A stretch of 64,000 bases of DNA from Octopus sinensis. Taxonomy: Eukaryota. Numbering within the stretch: position 1 is the stretch's first letter; the number at the start of each line of letters is the position of its first letter. Shown here piece after piece: positions 37,013-47,746 of the stretch. The notes beneath the pieces are model-generated. The model ran no database searches. It was given only the letters and a program-made list of their open reading frames with translations, and was not told the origin of the DNA. Where the stretch lies: positions 15,190,001-15,254,000 of the forward strand of contig NC_043000.1 of assembly GCF_006345805.1 (NCBI RefSeq), given 5' to 3'. The position numbers were made by a program, and so were the translations under genes.

Positions 37013-37578
37013 TTGGGTTGTCCAGAAAGTTCGTGTCGATGTTTAAAGGAAAGAAAAAGGTCAATAAATACTTGCCATTACATTTTTAATCAACCAAATA
37101 TGAACCATTTTGTTGCACAATGCATCTCCATCTTTCCTTTAACTTGAAAATACCCTCATCCCAGACTTGAGGTGATTTCATGGCAAAGAATTCATCAAGG
37201 TATCTTTTTACGTCATCCAAGGAATTGAAATTTTTACCATTAAGACTATTCTGCAGAGACTTGAATAACTGGAAATCCGAAGGAGCAATATCTGGTGAAT
37301 ATGAAGAGTGGGGTAACACATCCCAGCCGAGCTGCAGCAATTTTTGTCTGGTTCCCAAAGCACCAAGTGCCAAAAATTAACTTTCTTATCTTCCATTTTA
37401 AAGGGTTACAGAATTAACACAGGTTATAGGAACATAAACCTTCTTCCCTGAAAAGATAGCTTAAACTGTGCTCTAAATGGAGGTGTAGTCAAATCTTATT
37501 TTATGGACACAACCATGTTCTAAAATAAGTCGAATGGTAAGCTACTATAAATCAGCACGATCTTTCCGGACAACCCAA
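37013..37578 (-). mobile_element. Internally deleted mariner element, 566 bp
   Basis: TA-flanked 28-bp TIRs (ttgggttgtcc...). Transposase N-terminus MEDKKVNFWHLVLWE is fused to the C-terminus ...YSPDIAPSDFQLF...NGSYLVD*. Confidence 0.92.
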
Positions 37579-37679
37579 TATTTTGATTAGAAAAGAAATA
37601 TGTTGGAAAATATAATCTCTGAAAATAAATTAAAAACCAAAGTTGATGTTTTAAGAATGTTTTTTCTAGATATGCTTAC

Positions 37680-37765
37680 CTCATCTTTGACTATTGCTCC
37701 AGTAACATAAGGCCCCATCACACCTGATAAATTAGCAACAGAGTTTGCAATTCCGTATATGAAAC
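37680..37765 (-). CDS. SLC17 sialin-like exon H
   Basis: atttag acceptor; (G)FIYGIANSVANLSGVMGPYVTGAIVKDE; GAG|GTAAGC donor. Phases 1/0 bridge exons G and I. Not in the ORF track. Confidence 0.88.
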
Positions 37766-38049
37766 CTAAATAGGGAAATATAAATATATATAACTAAAAC
37801 GTTTAAATATTTGTTGTGCAAGATTTTTCATGTGAAGTCGTGTGTTGAAACAGATATTGTTATATTTCGGAATGGTCATATAAGATTAAGATTAATGTAA
37901 AAAATAAATATCACTGAAGCAAAATAACACCAAATATATAGTGCGTGTGTTTTTATTGGCTAAACTGGCAATATGACCATTCCGAAATATAACAATATAA
38001 CTAAAACATTATACATAAAAAGAAAAGAACGAAAAATTTTTATAATAAT

Positions 38050-38386
38050 TATAACGAGCACTCTGCGCAAACCAACACCAAGGAGTAGCTGGAGATGGGT
38101 TTTAAAATGAGAATATCTGAAATAAACTCGACTGCTCTCACAAACGAGGATACTAAAAATGAACCCAACTGCTCTCGAAAATTAAGTGAAAAAAAACAGG
38201 AAAAATAATCCAGAATCCTTCTCTGGATTGATCCTAAAATCTAATCAGTTCATGCCAGTCACAAGGCCAAATATCCCTGAAAGTTTCATTTGAATCCATC
38301 CGGCAGTTCTTGAGATAGCTTGTCCACAGACAAACAAACACGACTGGAAACAATACCTCCGCCTTTGCTAAGGCAGAGGTAATAAT
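38050..38386 (+). mobile_element. Helentron-associated (HINE-like) element
   Basis: gagcactc...gcgcaaac start; acagacaaacaaacac motif and terminal hairpin tacctccgcc...ggcagaggta. Confidence 0.5.
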
Positions 38387-38403
38387 ATCTGTCTCTATCC
38401 AGG

Positions 38404-38952
38404 CAGTGACTCTCATGGCTTCTCATCTTAACTGATTGGGAATGTTATCATGTACATTGTTTTGTTTTGGTATAAAAGATGGGCTACAGCAAATATTCTG
38501 CTCAATACCACAGATTTGCTTGTCCATTGTTTGACCTTAACCAATTAAGCATGTCCCTTGGTGGCTGACGATATGTGCATCTCTGATCATGAGCTGAGTA
38601 ATGGGGGAAGCATCATAGCCATGTATTGAGAGGAATTCTTTGAGGTTTGAATAATTCACCTCTGGTAACATGAGTGTTTCATTCAACATCCTCAAACAAC
38701 CCTTATTCAGGAACCTTTCGAGCAGGATGGGCTACTCGACCTGAAGAAAATTCTAACTGGGCGCCACCTGCAAGATCATGCACTGTTTATATTAATATGA
38801 TATCACCATGTCACGCACATGTGGTTGTGATTCATATGCCTGGTATACCCTTATCAGATGAGTAGTTATGACAGGTATACTGGGCTTTGTATATTTGTAC
38901 CCCAGTTTTACTTTGATGGCATGCACTTCTCTCTCACTCGATAATAATAATA
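38404..38952 (+). mobile_element. Unclassified ~540-bp retroposon with (ATA)n tail (inverted copy at 60175-60744)
   Basis: Two dispersed copies are homologous over their full length and end in a simple-repeat tail. Confidence 0.6.
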
Positions 38953-40869
38953 ATGGTTTCAAATTAGCACAAGGCCAGGAATTTCAGGGGATGGGGAAGT
39001 TGATTATATTGACCCCAGTACTCATCTAGTATTTATTTTATCGGCCTTGAAAAGATGAAAAGCAAAGTCGGCTCAAGCAGCATCAGAACACAGAATGTGA
39101 AGACAGACGGAATACCACTAAGCATTTTGCCAGGCATGCTAATGGTTCGGCTAGCTTACCACCTAAATAATAATAATAATAGTAATGGTTTCAAATTTTG
39201 TCACAAGGGTAGTAATTTTGGGGGAGGGATGAATCGATTACATCAACCCCAGTGTTCAACTGGTACTTATTTTATCGACCCTGAAAGGATGAAGAGGCAA
39301 AGTTGACCTCAGTGGAATTTTGAACTCAGAATGTAGCGACAGGTGAAATACCGCTAAGCATTTCATCCAGTGCACTAACAATTCTGCCAGCTCACTGCCT
39401 TGAATAATGATAATAACAATAAAGTGGTGATTATAGCCACTAAGGAAACAAGCCGTTAGATAAATCTGATAAAAGGTAAAGATTGGTAAAAATTCAGCCA
39501 GAGAGCAAATACAGAATCTGTGGTAAAGGAGATGAAATTATTAACCATCTCTTGAGTGAATGCAGTAACTTAGCACAAAAAGAGTAGAAGTGCAGGTTTA
39601 AACTAAGAAGAATAATGGAAAATGAAAAATATACAGAAACACGGAAATTCAATAATTCAGCTAGACTACACTGCGTTTCTTTTGAAACAAAAAAGATGTC
39701 ACAAGTTTTGCTTGATGGTAAGAAAAGAACTGTTAGTTAAAAATTTTTGTAGGAATCTGATGGAACCCACCAAGTCAGTATGCTAGTAACTTACAGATAC
39801 ATTTGTCTTCATGCATTTCAAAGACTGAAAGTTCAGTAAATTCACAATATTTCCTGAGAATATGTACTTTAAAGTGTTCATCAAAGTTACAGTTGTTTGA
39901 AATAAAAAGCTCAGCAAGTTCCATTGAAATAGTGTTATTGTGCCTTATATCATATCAGTGTCCATCAAATCTTTTGTTTAATTGTTATGTTGTGCAACCA
40001 CCATAAACCAAGTCATGTTTGGTGCATTCAGCTGTGTAATGGGAATCTTTATCACTCCCGCCTTCTGTATAATCATAATATTTCTTTTAAGATTTATAAT
40101 AGTGTTGGTGCCACATGAAAAAGCACCCAGTACACTCTGTAGAGTTGTTGGCATTAGGAAAGGCATCCAGCCATAAGAAACCTTGCCAAAAATAGCGGTA
40201 TTTTGTCTGCTGCTACATTCTGAGTTCAAATTCCGCCAAGGTCGACTTAGCCTTTCATCCTTTCGGGGTCACTTAAATAAGTACCAGTTACGCACTGGGG
40301 TCGATGCAATCAACTCAATCCCTTTGTCTGTCCTTGTTTGTCCCCTCTATGTTTAGCCCCTTGTGAGCAATAAAGAAATAAGAAACCTTGCCAAAACAGA
40401 CAATTTGGAGCCTGGTGCAGTTCTCCTGTTTAACAACTCCTGTCAAACTGTCCAACCCATGACAGCATAGAAAATGGATGTTAAATGATGATGATGTCGT
40501 CGTTATTGACTTGAATCATGCTGTTGCACAATAAACTGGGTTCATCTCTCTTGCGACTGTTTTTAGGGGTGCAACATTCAGAGACTTGAACAGAGTTTTC
40601 ATTACATTCAAAGGTACTAGTTAATGCTTGTCTTATATTTTTGTTATGTCTAAAGGCAACAATAAGTGGATGAAGAAATATTTCTTTTGAAACAAGGATT
40701 CGTTTTGTAAGCCATGTCAGCATGACTGTATAGTGACAGAGAACTATTTTGCAAACCCACATCATCCCAGATTTATCATCACCAGTGTCATAGCCGGAAT
40801 GCCTTTGATCATAAAGCCTTTAACCATCATGTTGCACACATATTGTTGTGATGCATGTAATTATATTCA

Positions 40870-41480
40870 TGTCATCATCATCGTTTTCCATGCTAGCATG
40901 GGTTGGATGGTTCAACCGGGGTCTGGGAAGCCAGGAGGCTGCACCAGGCTCCAGTCTGATCTGGCAGTGTTTCTACAGCTGGATGCCCTTCCTAACGCCA
41001 ACCACTCTGTGAGTGTAGTGGGTGCCTTTTACGTGCCACCGGCACAGGTACCAGGGGAAGCTGGCAACGGCCACGATCGGTTGGTAGTTTTTACGTGCCA
41101 CCAGCACGCAAGCCAGTCAAGGTGGCGCTGGGATCAGCCACGTATGGATGGTGCTTTTTACGTGCCAGGGTAGCCTGGCAACGGCCACGAACGGTTGGTG
41201 CTTTTTACGTGCCACCGGCACAGAAGCCAGCCAAGGTGGCGCTGGCATCGGCTATGTACGGATGGTACTTTTTACATGCCACCGGCACAGTTGCCAGGGT
41301 AGCCTGGCAATGGCCACGAACGGTTGGTGCTTTTTACGTGCCACCGGCACGGAAGCCAGTCAAGGTGGCACTGGCATCGGCCATGTACGGATGGTGCTTT
41401 TTACGTGCCACCGGCACAGTTGCCAGGGTAGGCTGGCAATGGCCACGAATGGTTAGTGCTTTTTATGTGCCACCGGCATG
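40870..41480 (-). mobile_element. RTE 3' UTR copy with expanded tandem array
   Basis: (cat)n tail at 40870, conserved terminal module, then about 7 repeat units with core ggtgctttttacgtgccaccggcac. Confidence 0.85.
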
Positions 41481-41532
41481 TCTACATATAATTCTTCTTT
41501 ATTTTAAAGACAGAAGAATATCTACATGTTTG

Positions 41533-41721
41533 TCATGTTACAATTGTTCCATAATCTTTCTTTTTCTGTATATCACTTGGTGCACTATTTATCGCAACAT
41601 CATTTGCATCTTCAGCCCATGATGTCTTTTTGGCAGAGCCAAGACAGAGGAATGTTGTTACACCTAATATGTTTATTCCACAACTAACCCAAAATGCCTT
41701 TTTCCATTCGTATAAAGAACT
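41533..41721 (-). pseudogene. Duplicate of the SLC17 terminal exon inside intron G-H (pseudo-exon or alternative last exon)
   Basis: 7 nucleotide differences from 36383-36571 over 189 nt; acceptor and stop are intact, but it is out of frame with exon G. Confidence 0.8.
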
Positions 41722-41799
41722 CTGCAAAAAAAAGCTAACCTAGAGTTAAAAGCAACAAAGAAACAACTGATGATAAATAAGCATTTTGAACATTCTTAC

Positions 41800-41955
41800 C
41801 GGCATATTTTGGTGCAATGTCAATAATTGTTACAGATGTTCCGCCATCAGAGAACGAACCAAATCCATAGGCGACAATTAACATAATTTCAACAAAACTT
41901 CTCCTGCAACCCAAATATACAACTACCAGCATACCCAATGTCTCAAGAAGAAGAC
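41800..41955 (-). CDS. SLC17 sialin-like exon G
   Basis: gccag acceptor; ...LGCRRSFVEIMLIVAYGFGSFSDGGTSVTIIDIAPKYA(G) contains the DIAPxYAG motif; G|GTAAGA donor, phase 1. Confidence 0.9.
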
Positions 41956-42761
41956 CTGGCAGAAAACAAAATAAATATTATTGGTTTCAGTTAATTTCTA
42001 AGGCTAAAGCAATCAAGGGATTAAACAACTATTAGTATTACTGGTAAAATTATCAATAGTATTATAGATAGAAATGTTAATAGAAATATACTATAGATAG
42101 TATCATTAACAGAACTAATAGTTTTATTCATATAAGTAAAAAAAAACAATAAATGTCGCCCTTTGTAAGCCTAGCCAGGTTCATGGGGCCCGGTTTCCTG
42201 GTTTCTGTGGCATATGTGTTCCCCCCAGCTGGACGGGATGCCAGTCCATCGCAGCGTTTCCCAAGAAACAGGAATAGAGTGTGAGAGAAAGCTGTGGCGA
42301 AAGTGTACAACAGGGGTCGCCACCATCCCCTGCCAGAGCCTCATGGAGCTTTTAGGTGTTTTCGCTCAATAAACACACACAACGCTCAGTCTGGGAATCG
42401 AAATCTCGATCCTCCGACTGCGAGTCCGCTGCCCTAACTACTGGGCCATTGTGCCTCCACACAGAGATATAAGTACTGATAGTAATATCAATAGAACTAT
42501 ATATATATACTATAGACAGTATTATTGATAGAATTATAGTTTTACTAATAGAACTACTTATAGTAGTACTGATAGAAGAGCTAATAGTATAAAAATGTAG
42601 AAGGCTGAATTTAGATGTGACAAGGATCAAGAGTGTTTGGGATATCTGCATTTCATTAGAGATATGTGCAGGTAATGAGATTAATTGTTGTAGAAAGTAC
42701 AGAACTGCAAAAACATTCAGCTTCTGTTTTGGTAGCATGTATGAGATGAGTACAAGAACTA

Positions 42762-43020
42762 AAGGTAGAAAAGCTCTACCTGCGACGATTTCATCTCAAT
42801 CGAAGAAGAGGAGCTTTCTCCATCCGGGTTGCAGATCCATGGAACAAGCTGCCAGACGAGATGGTGAAGATGCCAACGACCACTTTGTTCAAAGCCTCCC
42901 TTGACCTCAAGTGGCCTGAACTCTTTACATGAACACCACCCTGTACTCAACCCCATGTCCCCCTACATGGCCTTGCTATTTGCTTTTGAGCCAAATTAAC
43001 TAACTAACTAACTAACTAAA
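42762..43020 (+). mobile_element. Second CR1-like family 3' end with (TAAC)n tail
   Basis: Translates to RRGAFSIRVADPWNKLPDEMVKMPTTTLFKASLD, followed by taac repeats. Confidence 0.65.
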
Positions 43021-43341
43021 ATGAGTTGTAAACATGAGAGAGAGGGGTGGTGCAGGGTGAGGCAGATGTCCTTGATAAAGGATGTAAGATGGCAGAACTG
43101 ATGTTGCTGGTATTCAGAAAGTGGAAGGCAGATAAGACCCCTGTCATTCTTGGCCCCTAGGCCATGTCCCTGCTCACTGCTATCAGGGCAGAGATTGTTG
43201 TCTGCAAGTGCAGGTCCTGTGAGTCAGATTGGCTGTTCCAGTGCATTTCCCTCACTATCCCGTGGAGCAGTGCCTTTTTTATTTTGTCTGCTGGTGCCAT
43301 GAGAAATGTTTCCATATTGGAAACATTTGTTTCCAATATGT

Positions 43342-43575
43342 AAGGCGGTGAGCTGGCAGAATCGTTAGCACACCGGGCGAAATGCGTAGCTGTATTTCGT
43401 CTGCCGTTATGTTCTGAGTTCAAATTCCACCAAGGTCGACTTTGCCTTTCATCCTTTCGGGGTTGATAAATTAAGCACCAGTTATGCACTGGGGTCGATC
43501 TAATCGACTTAATCCATTTGTCTGTCCTTGTTTGTCCTCTCTGCGTTTAGCCCCTCGTGGGTAGTAAAGAAATAG
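43342..43575 (+). mobile_element. SINE family B (copies: 1477-1672 +, 16349-16558 +, 26430-26660 -, 28018-28425 - dimer, 31745-31980 -, 32915-33312 - dimer, 40192-40380 +, 58785-59165 -)
   Basis: Head ggcggcgagctggcagaa, box B-like gagttcaaattcc, central gcctttcatcctttcggggtcgataaa and (aagaaat)n tail; several copies have 12-18 bp TSDs. Confidence 0.88.
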
Positions 43576-43979
43576 AAATGTTTCCATATTGTGAGACCTT
43601 AGATCAACTAGCCAACCTACATACAATCTTATATACATGAATAGCTCTGGGTGAAGTAGGGAGCAGATTTAGAAAAGTGAGGAAGATAGACTCTGAGATA
43701 GAGTGAGAGGATGTTATTGTTGCTGATAACCAAGTGAAAGACATAAGTAGCAGAGAGAGAGCAGAGTCCACATATATTTAGACATCATCTTTCAAACAAA
43801 GGGGGATTGTAGAATATAGTCTTGATGGGTTGGAGATAAGGACTGTAGGAATTTGTTTTAGAGGAGAATAACAGGATGTGTAAAAGAATGAGATAATTGG
43901 GGAGAAAGAGAGCAGTGAGGGTCGTCCAGGTTGGACTAGAGTCACAAATGTTTGTAAAGAGAAGAAAAATATATATATA

Positions 43980-44580
43980 GCTATGGTAAGACCTCACCTG
44001 GAATTTGCATCACCGGTCTGGAACCCCTATCTTGCCCAGGATATCAATCGTCTGGAAGCCGTTCAGTGACATGCAACCAAAAGAATACCCTCCATCAGGC
44101 ATTTGCCATATTCTGAACGCCTTACTTCCCTGGGCATGGACACATTGAAACTCCGACGTCTGGCAGCTGACTTGGCAGACACCCATAAAATTATCAACCA
44201 TCGTACAAACAATAACTCTGAGCACCTTTTCAAACTCCACCCATCTAACACCCGTGGACATATTTACAAAGTCAGAAAACAGCAGAGCTCCCATGACTTT
44301 AGGAAACATTTTTTCACGCTGAGAGTTGCTGAAGCATGGAACAAACTGCCGGCATCAGTTGTTAGTTGTCGGAGCACTGCATCCTTCAAAACTTCCATGC
44401 TTTCTGAGATTCGCCAACACTACACCTGATTTTCTCCCCTCCATACACACACAAGCATGTATCTGACTCATGCATTGTTCGCTTTCCAGACATTTGTACA
44501 TTGCTGCATATACTCTATACGCACTTTCTGACAAGTTGTGGTGCACTTGAGCACTGTATATAATAATTTCATTATTTTTT
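43980..44580 (+). mobile_element. CR1-like LINE 3' end (same family also at 47940-48490 +)
   Basis: VRPHLEFASPVWNP...DINRLEAVQ...ATK and TRGH...WNKLP motifs. Confidence 0.85.
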
Positions 44581-45021
44581 TTTTTTTTTATATAAAAAAT
44601 TGTCCGGCATTCCTATGCAAGTGCAAATATGACTCGTTAAGAAGTTTGCTTTGCAAGTATGTAATTTCAGTTTTATTCCACAAACCCATGCCAGCATGGA
44701 AAACGGATGTTAAATGATGATGATGATGGTAGTGGTGGTGGTGATGATGATGATGATGATGTCCAATGCACAGGAAAAAGCAAATTTTAAAATGCAATGA
44801 AAAGTTTGAAAATATGTTTCATTAAGTTTTGGTTTTGGTTTTGTTGTGAATAAGTGACATGGCAACCATGAGGCATGAGTTGCACAGCAAATGAATCTAT
44901 TAACTCTTTGTTTGGACAGATTATATTCATAAACAGCTGGTAAAGAAGAATGGTACATTTGACATTGAGTATAATGGATAACTGATTTGAATTGAAATCA
45001 GTAAATGAATACAAAACTTAC

Positions 45022-45151
45022 CACAAGCAGCAAAAAGCTTGCGTACAACTGTGATATCCACTCCCTTGTTGAGTAACACATCTGCTAGAACGCCACTGAT
45101 GATGGACATGAATAATGCTGCTACGTATGGTAAGGATGAGAATATACCATT
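45022..45151 (-). CDS. SLC17 sialin-like exon F
   Basis: aacag acceptor; NGIFSSLPYVAALFMSIISGVLADVLLNKGVDITVVRKLFAAC(G) contains the NG.LSSLPY and T.VRK motifs; G|GTAAGT donor. Confidence 0.9.
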
Positions 45152-45277
45152 CTGTTGAAGAAAAGATTATACACAATATAAGATGAAACTCGCTGAAATT
45201 TCAAAACTTCAATGTACTTGAGGGCTGATCCCTGATGTTATGGGATCAAGTATGCATTCAGTAGTATTCATGTTAAG

Positions 45278-45565
45278 CAGTGGTTCTCAAACTTTTTCAG
45301 GCTGATGCTCCCAGCACCCCCACATCAACTAACCATCATAAACATAGACTTCTTTCTGAAGCAAATTCAAAGCAACAGTATTTAACAAATAAAACTTAAC
45401 CTAATGAACCCATTATTTTGTTGTTTTTACATGGATCGTTACCCCATTATTGCCCCACTTTTTACATGAATCGCTCCCTCATTATCGTCCCACTTTTCTT
45501 AAATGACCCCTTGGAACTTTCCACCACCTCCAGGGAGGCAATACCGCCCATTTTGGGAACCACTG
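45278..45565. mobile_element. hAT (Charlie-like) MITE
   Basis: TIRs cagtggttctcaa / ttgggaaccactg; 8-bp TSD atgttaag / atattaag. Confidence 0.75.
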
Positions 45566-46109
45566 ATATTAAGGTATGTAAGAATTTTGGAGAAATTTAA
45601 CACACAGGGACAATAAATAAACAACAATGCATAACAAATGTATGGGTGCAGCTATGAGCATTAACAGCTAAGCTAAAAGGATGACCAAAGTTATAGAAGA
45701 TAAACATGAACCATATTGCTGTTACTATTTTGTTGCTTCATCGAAATTTTATAAATCGTTTCAGGCAACTTAGTTAACAGTAAGTGGTACAACCTATAGT
45801 CAACTGATTAGACAGAGATACAGCAGTAAAACCACTTGTAACCAGATGCAAATATCCATAGCTACACCTATGTAGTGCACCTGAGCACTATATACAATAA
45901 TTTCATCATTATTATTATTATTTTTTTTTTTTTAAATCATTGAACTCATGGGAAAATGAGTTTCAAAGAAAACATTATATGAAATAAAATGAAAAAGATT
46001 AAAAAATGCACACACACACACACAGATGACATTGGAAATTCATATTAGTTTCCCTATTCTGCTAGTGAGAAGAAAGTGAGGGAAAGACCCCTCAAAAACT
46101 ACTGTTTAA

Positions 46110-46305
46110 CCCTTTTGATACCAACCTGTCTGAAACTGCCTCTGGCTCTGTAGTACAAATGTCTTGTTTTCAAAAGTTTTGAATTAGAATCTCCCTCCAA
46201 ACCTTAGTCACAATTTATGTTCCTAACACTAACTTAATGATAACTAAGTTACTTTACTAAATTCTTTGTTATAGTGAAAATTAAGAAACACAGGTAACAA
46301 AAGGG
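46110..46305. mobile_element. piggyBac-type MITE
   Basis: TTAA at 46106-46109 and 46306-46309; TIR cccttttgatacc / ggtaacaaaaggg. Confidence 0.7.
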
Positions 46306-47596
46306 TTAAAACAAATCTCTGCTTTTCCTGATCAACAAAACTTATTACTTTTTAGGAATTGCTAAAACAATACTTATCATACTTCTGGTGAAAAATATTT
46401 TTCTATCCAACTTTATTTCCTATTAATGAATTATAACAAGTTTTATTTGAAAATATTTAAATTTAAAAAATATGCATTAACAGTTTTAACTTTCTGTTTC
46501 CTTGCAAACTAGTATCTTTAGAGAGTTTTACTGGGATATATTTTTCAGTGTCTTACAGACAACATATGCAGAAGTGTGAGGGAAGAGTAGGGAATTGTTC
46601 AAAGAGTCCACTAAATATCGGGCAAATCAAATATTTTTTAGGGTTTTAATCAAAAAAACCTAATAAAATTATGGAGATGTACTTGCATAGCAAGTGACCT
46701 GATCTAAGATCATGTGCTGGAACAAAAACAATTGCAGCGTGGAAGGGGCTTATAAGCCATTTAAGAAACACACAAAAACCATTAGATTCACTTCAACATT
46801 TAAATTTAATTTGTCAAAATTATTTAGTTAAAACATTTGCTAAACCTCAATTCAGCTTTGTTTATGTAATATTTGTGATGTAAAACTCTCCAAGAGCATT
46901 AAACAAGCTCATAAGAGCTTCAAAGTGGTAAGTAGATGAGATATAAATATTTCCTTAGATGTCTTGGAAAGACAGGCAACATTCACAGGTAACATTTGCA
47001 GAAGATTTGGTAGTTTACTATTTACTATTTTACTTGTTTCAGTCATTTGACTGTGGCCATGCTGGAGCACCACCTTTAGTCGAACAAATCGACATATTCT
47101 TTGTAAGCCTAGTACTTATTCTATCGATCTCTTTTGACGAACTGCTAAGTTACGGGGACGTAAACACACCAGCATCAGTTGTCAAGTGATGTTGGGGGGA
47201 CAAACACAGACACACAAACATATACATACACATACAAATATATACATATATACGACAGGCTTCTTTCAGTTCCCGTCTACCAAATCCACTCACAAGACTT
47301 TGGTTGGCCTGAGGCTATAGTAGAAGACACTTGCCCAAGGTGCCACGCAGTGGGACTGAACCCAGAACGATGTGGTCGGTAAGCAAGCTACTTACCACAC
47401 AGCCATTCCTAGGCCTGGTTATTTACAATAGTTGGGTAAACTTAAGCACATGAAATTAAATCAAATATCTGCACTAGATTTGAACTTAGAACCCACAAGC
47501 TGATAATGCAATGACATATCTACACAACCATTCCTTTTCTGTGATTTTATGAATAATGTATATTCTGTATGGAATTTCCCCTGCAACATATCTTAC

Positions 47597-47746
47597 CTGA
47601 TGGATATCCAAACCAAGGATATTTTTCATATATGTTGGTAAGAACGAGGCTATAGAATAGAACAGCCAGCTGCTACAAAACAACATGATGTTTACTGACC
47701 AAAGTGGGATGTAAGTTAGGACTTTTTTCCATGGAATATCATTATT
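47597..47746 (-). CDS. SLC17 sialin-like exon E
   Basis: tttcag acceptor; NNDIPWKKVLTYIPLWSVNIMLFCSSWLFYSIASFLPTYMKNILGLDIHQ contains the PW...PLW and LPTYMKxIL motifs; CAG|GTAAGA donor. Confidence 0.9.

Noticed and set aside
39470-39600. CCHC-like peptide (ICGKGDEIINHLLSEC) suggesting an RLE-type LINE
   Set aside because: It is plausible as a relic but too short and disrupted to delimit as a feature; the RTE-like relic at ~6990-7140 (minus) was left out for the same reason.
41020-41480. CRISPR-like repeat-spacer appearance
   Set aside because: The spacers recur and alternate, the array lies inside a eukaryotic RTE 3' UTR, and there are no cas genes.
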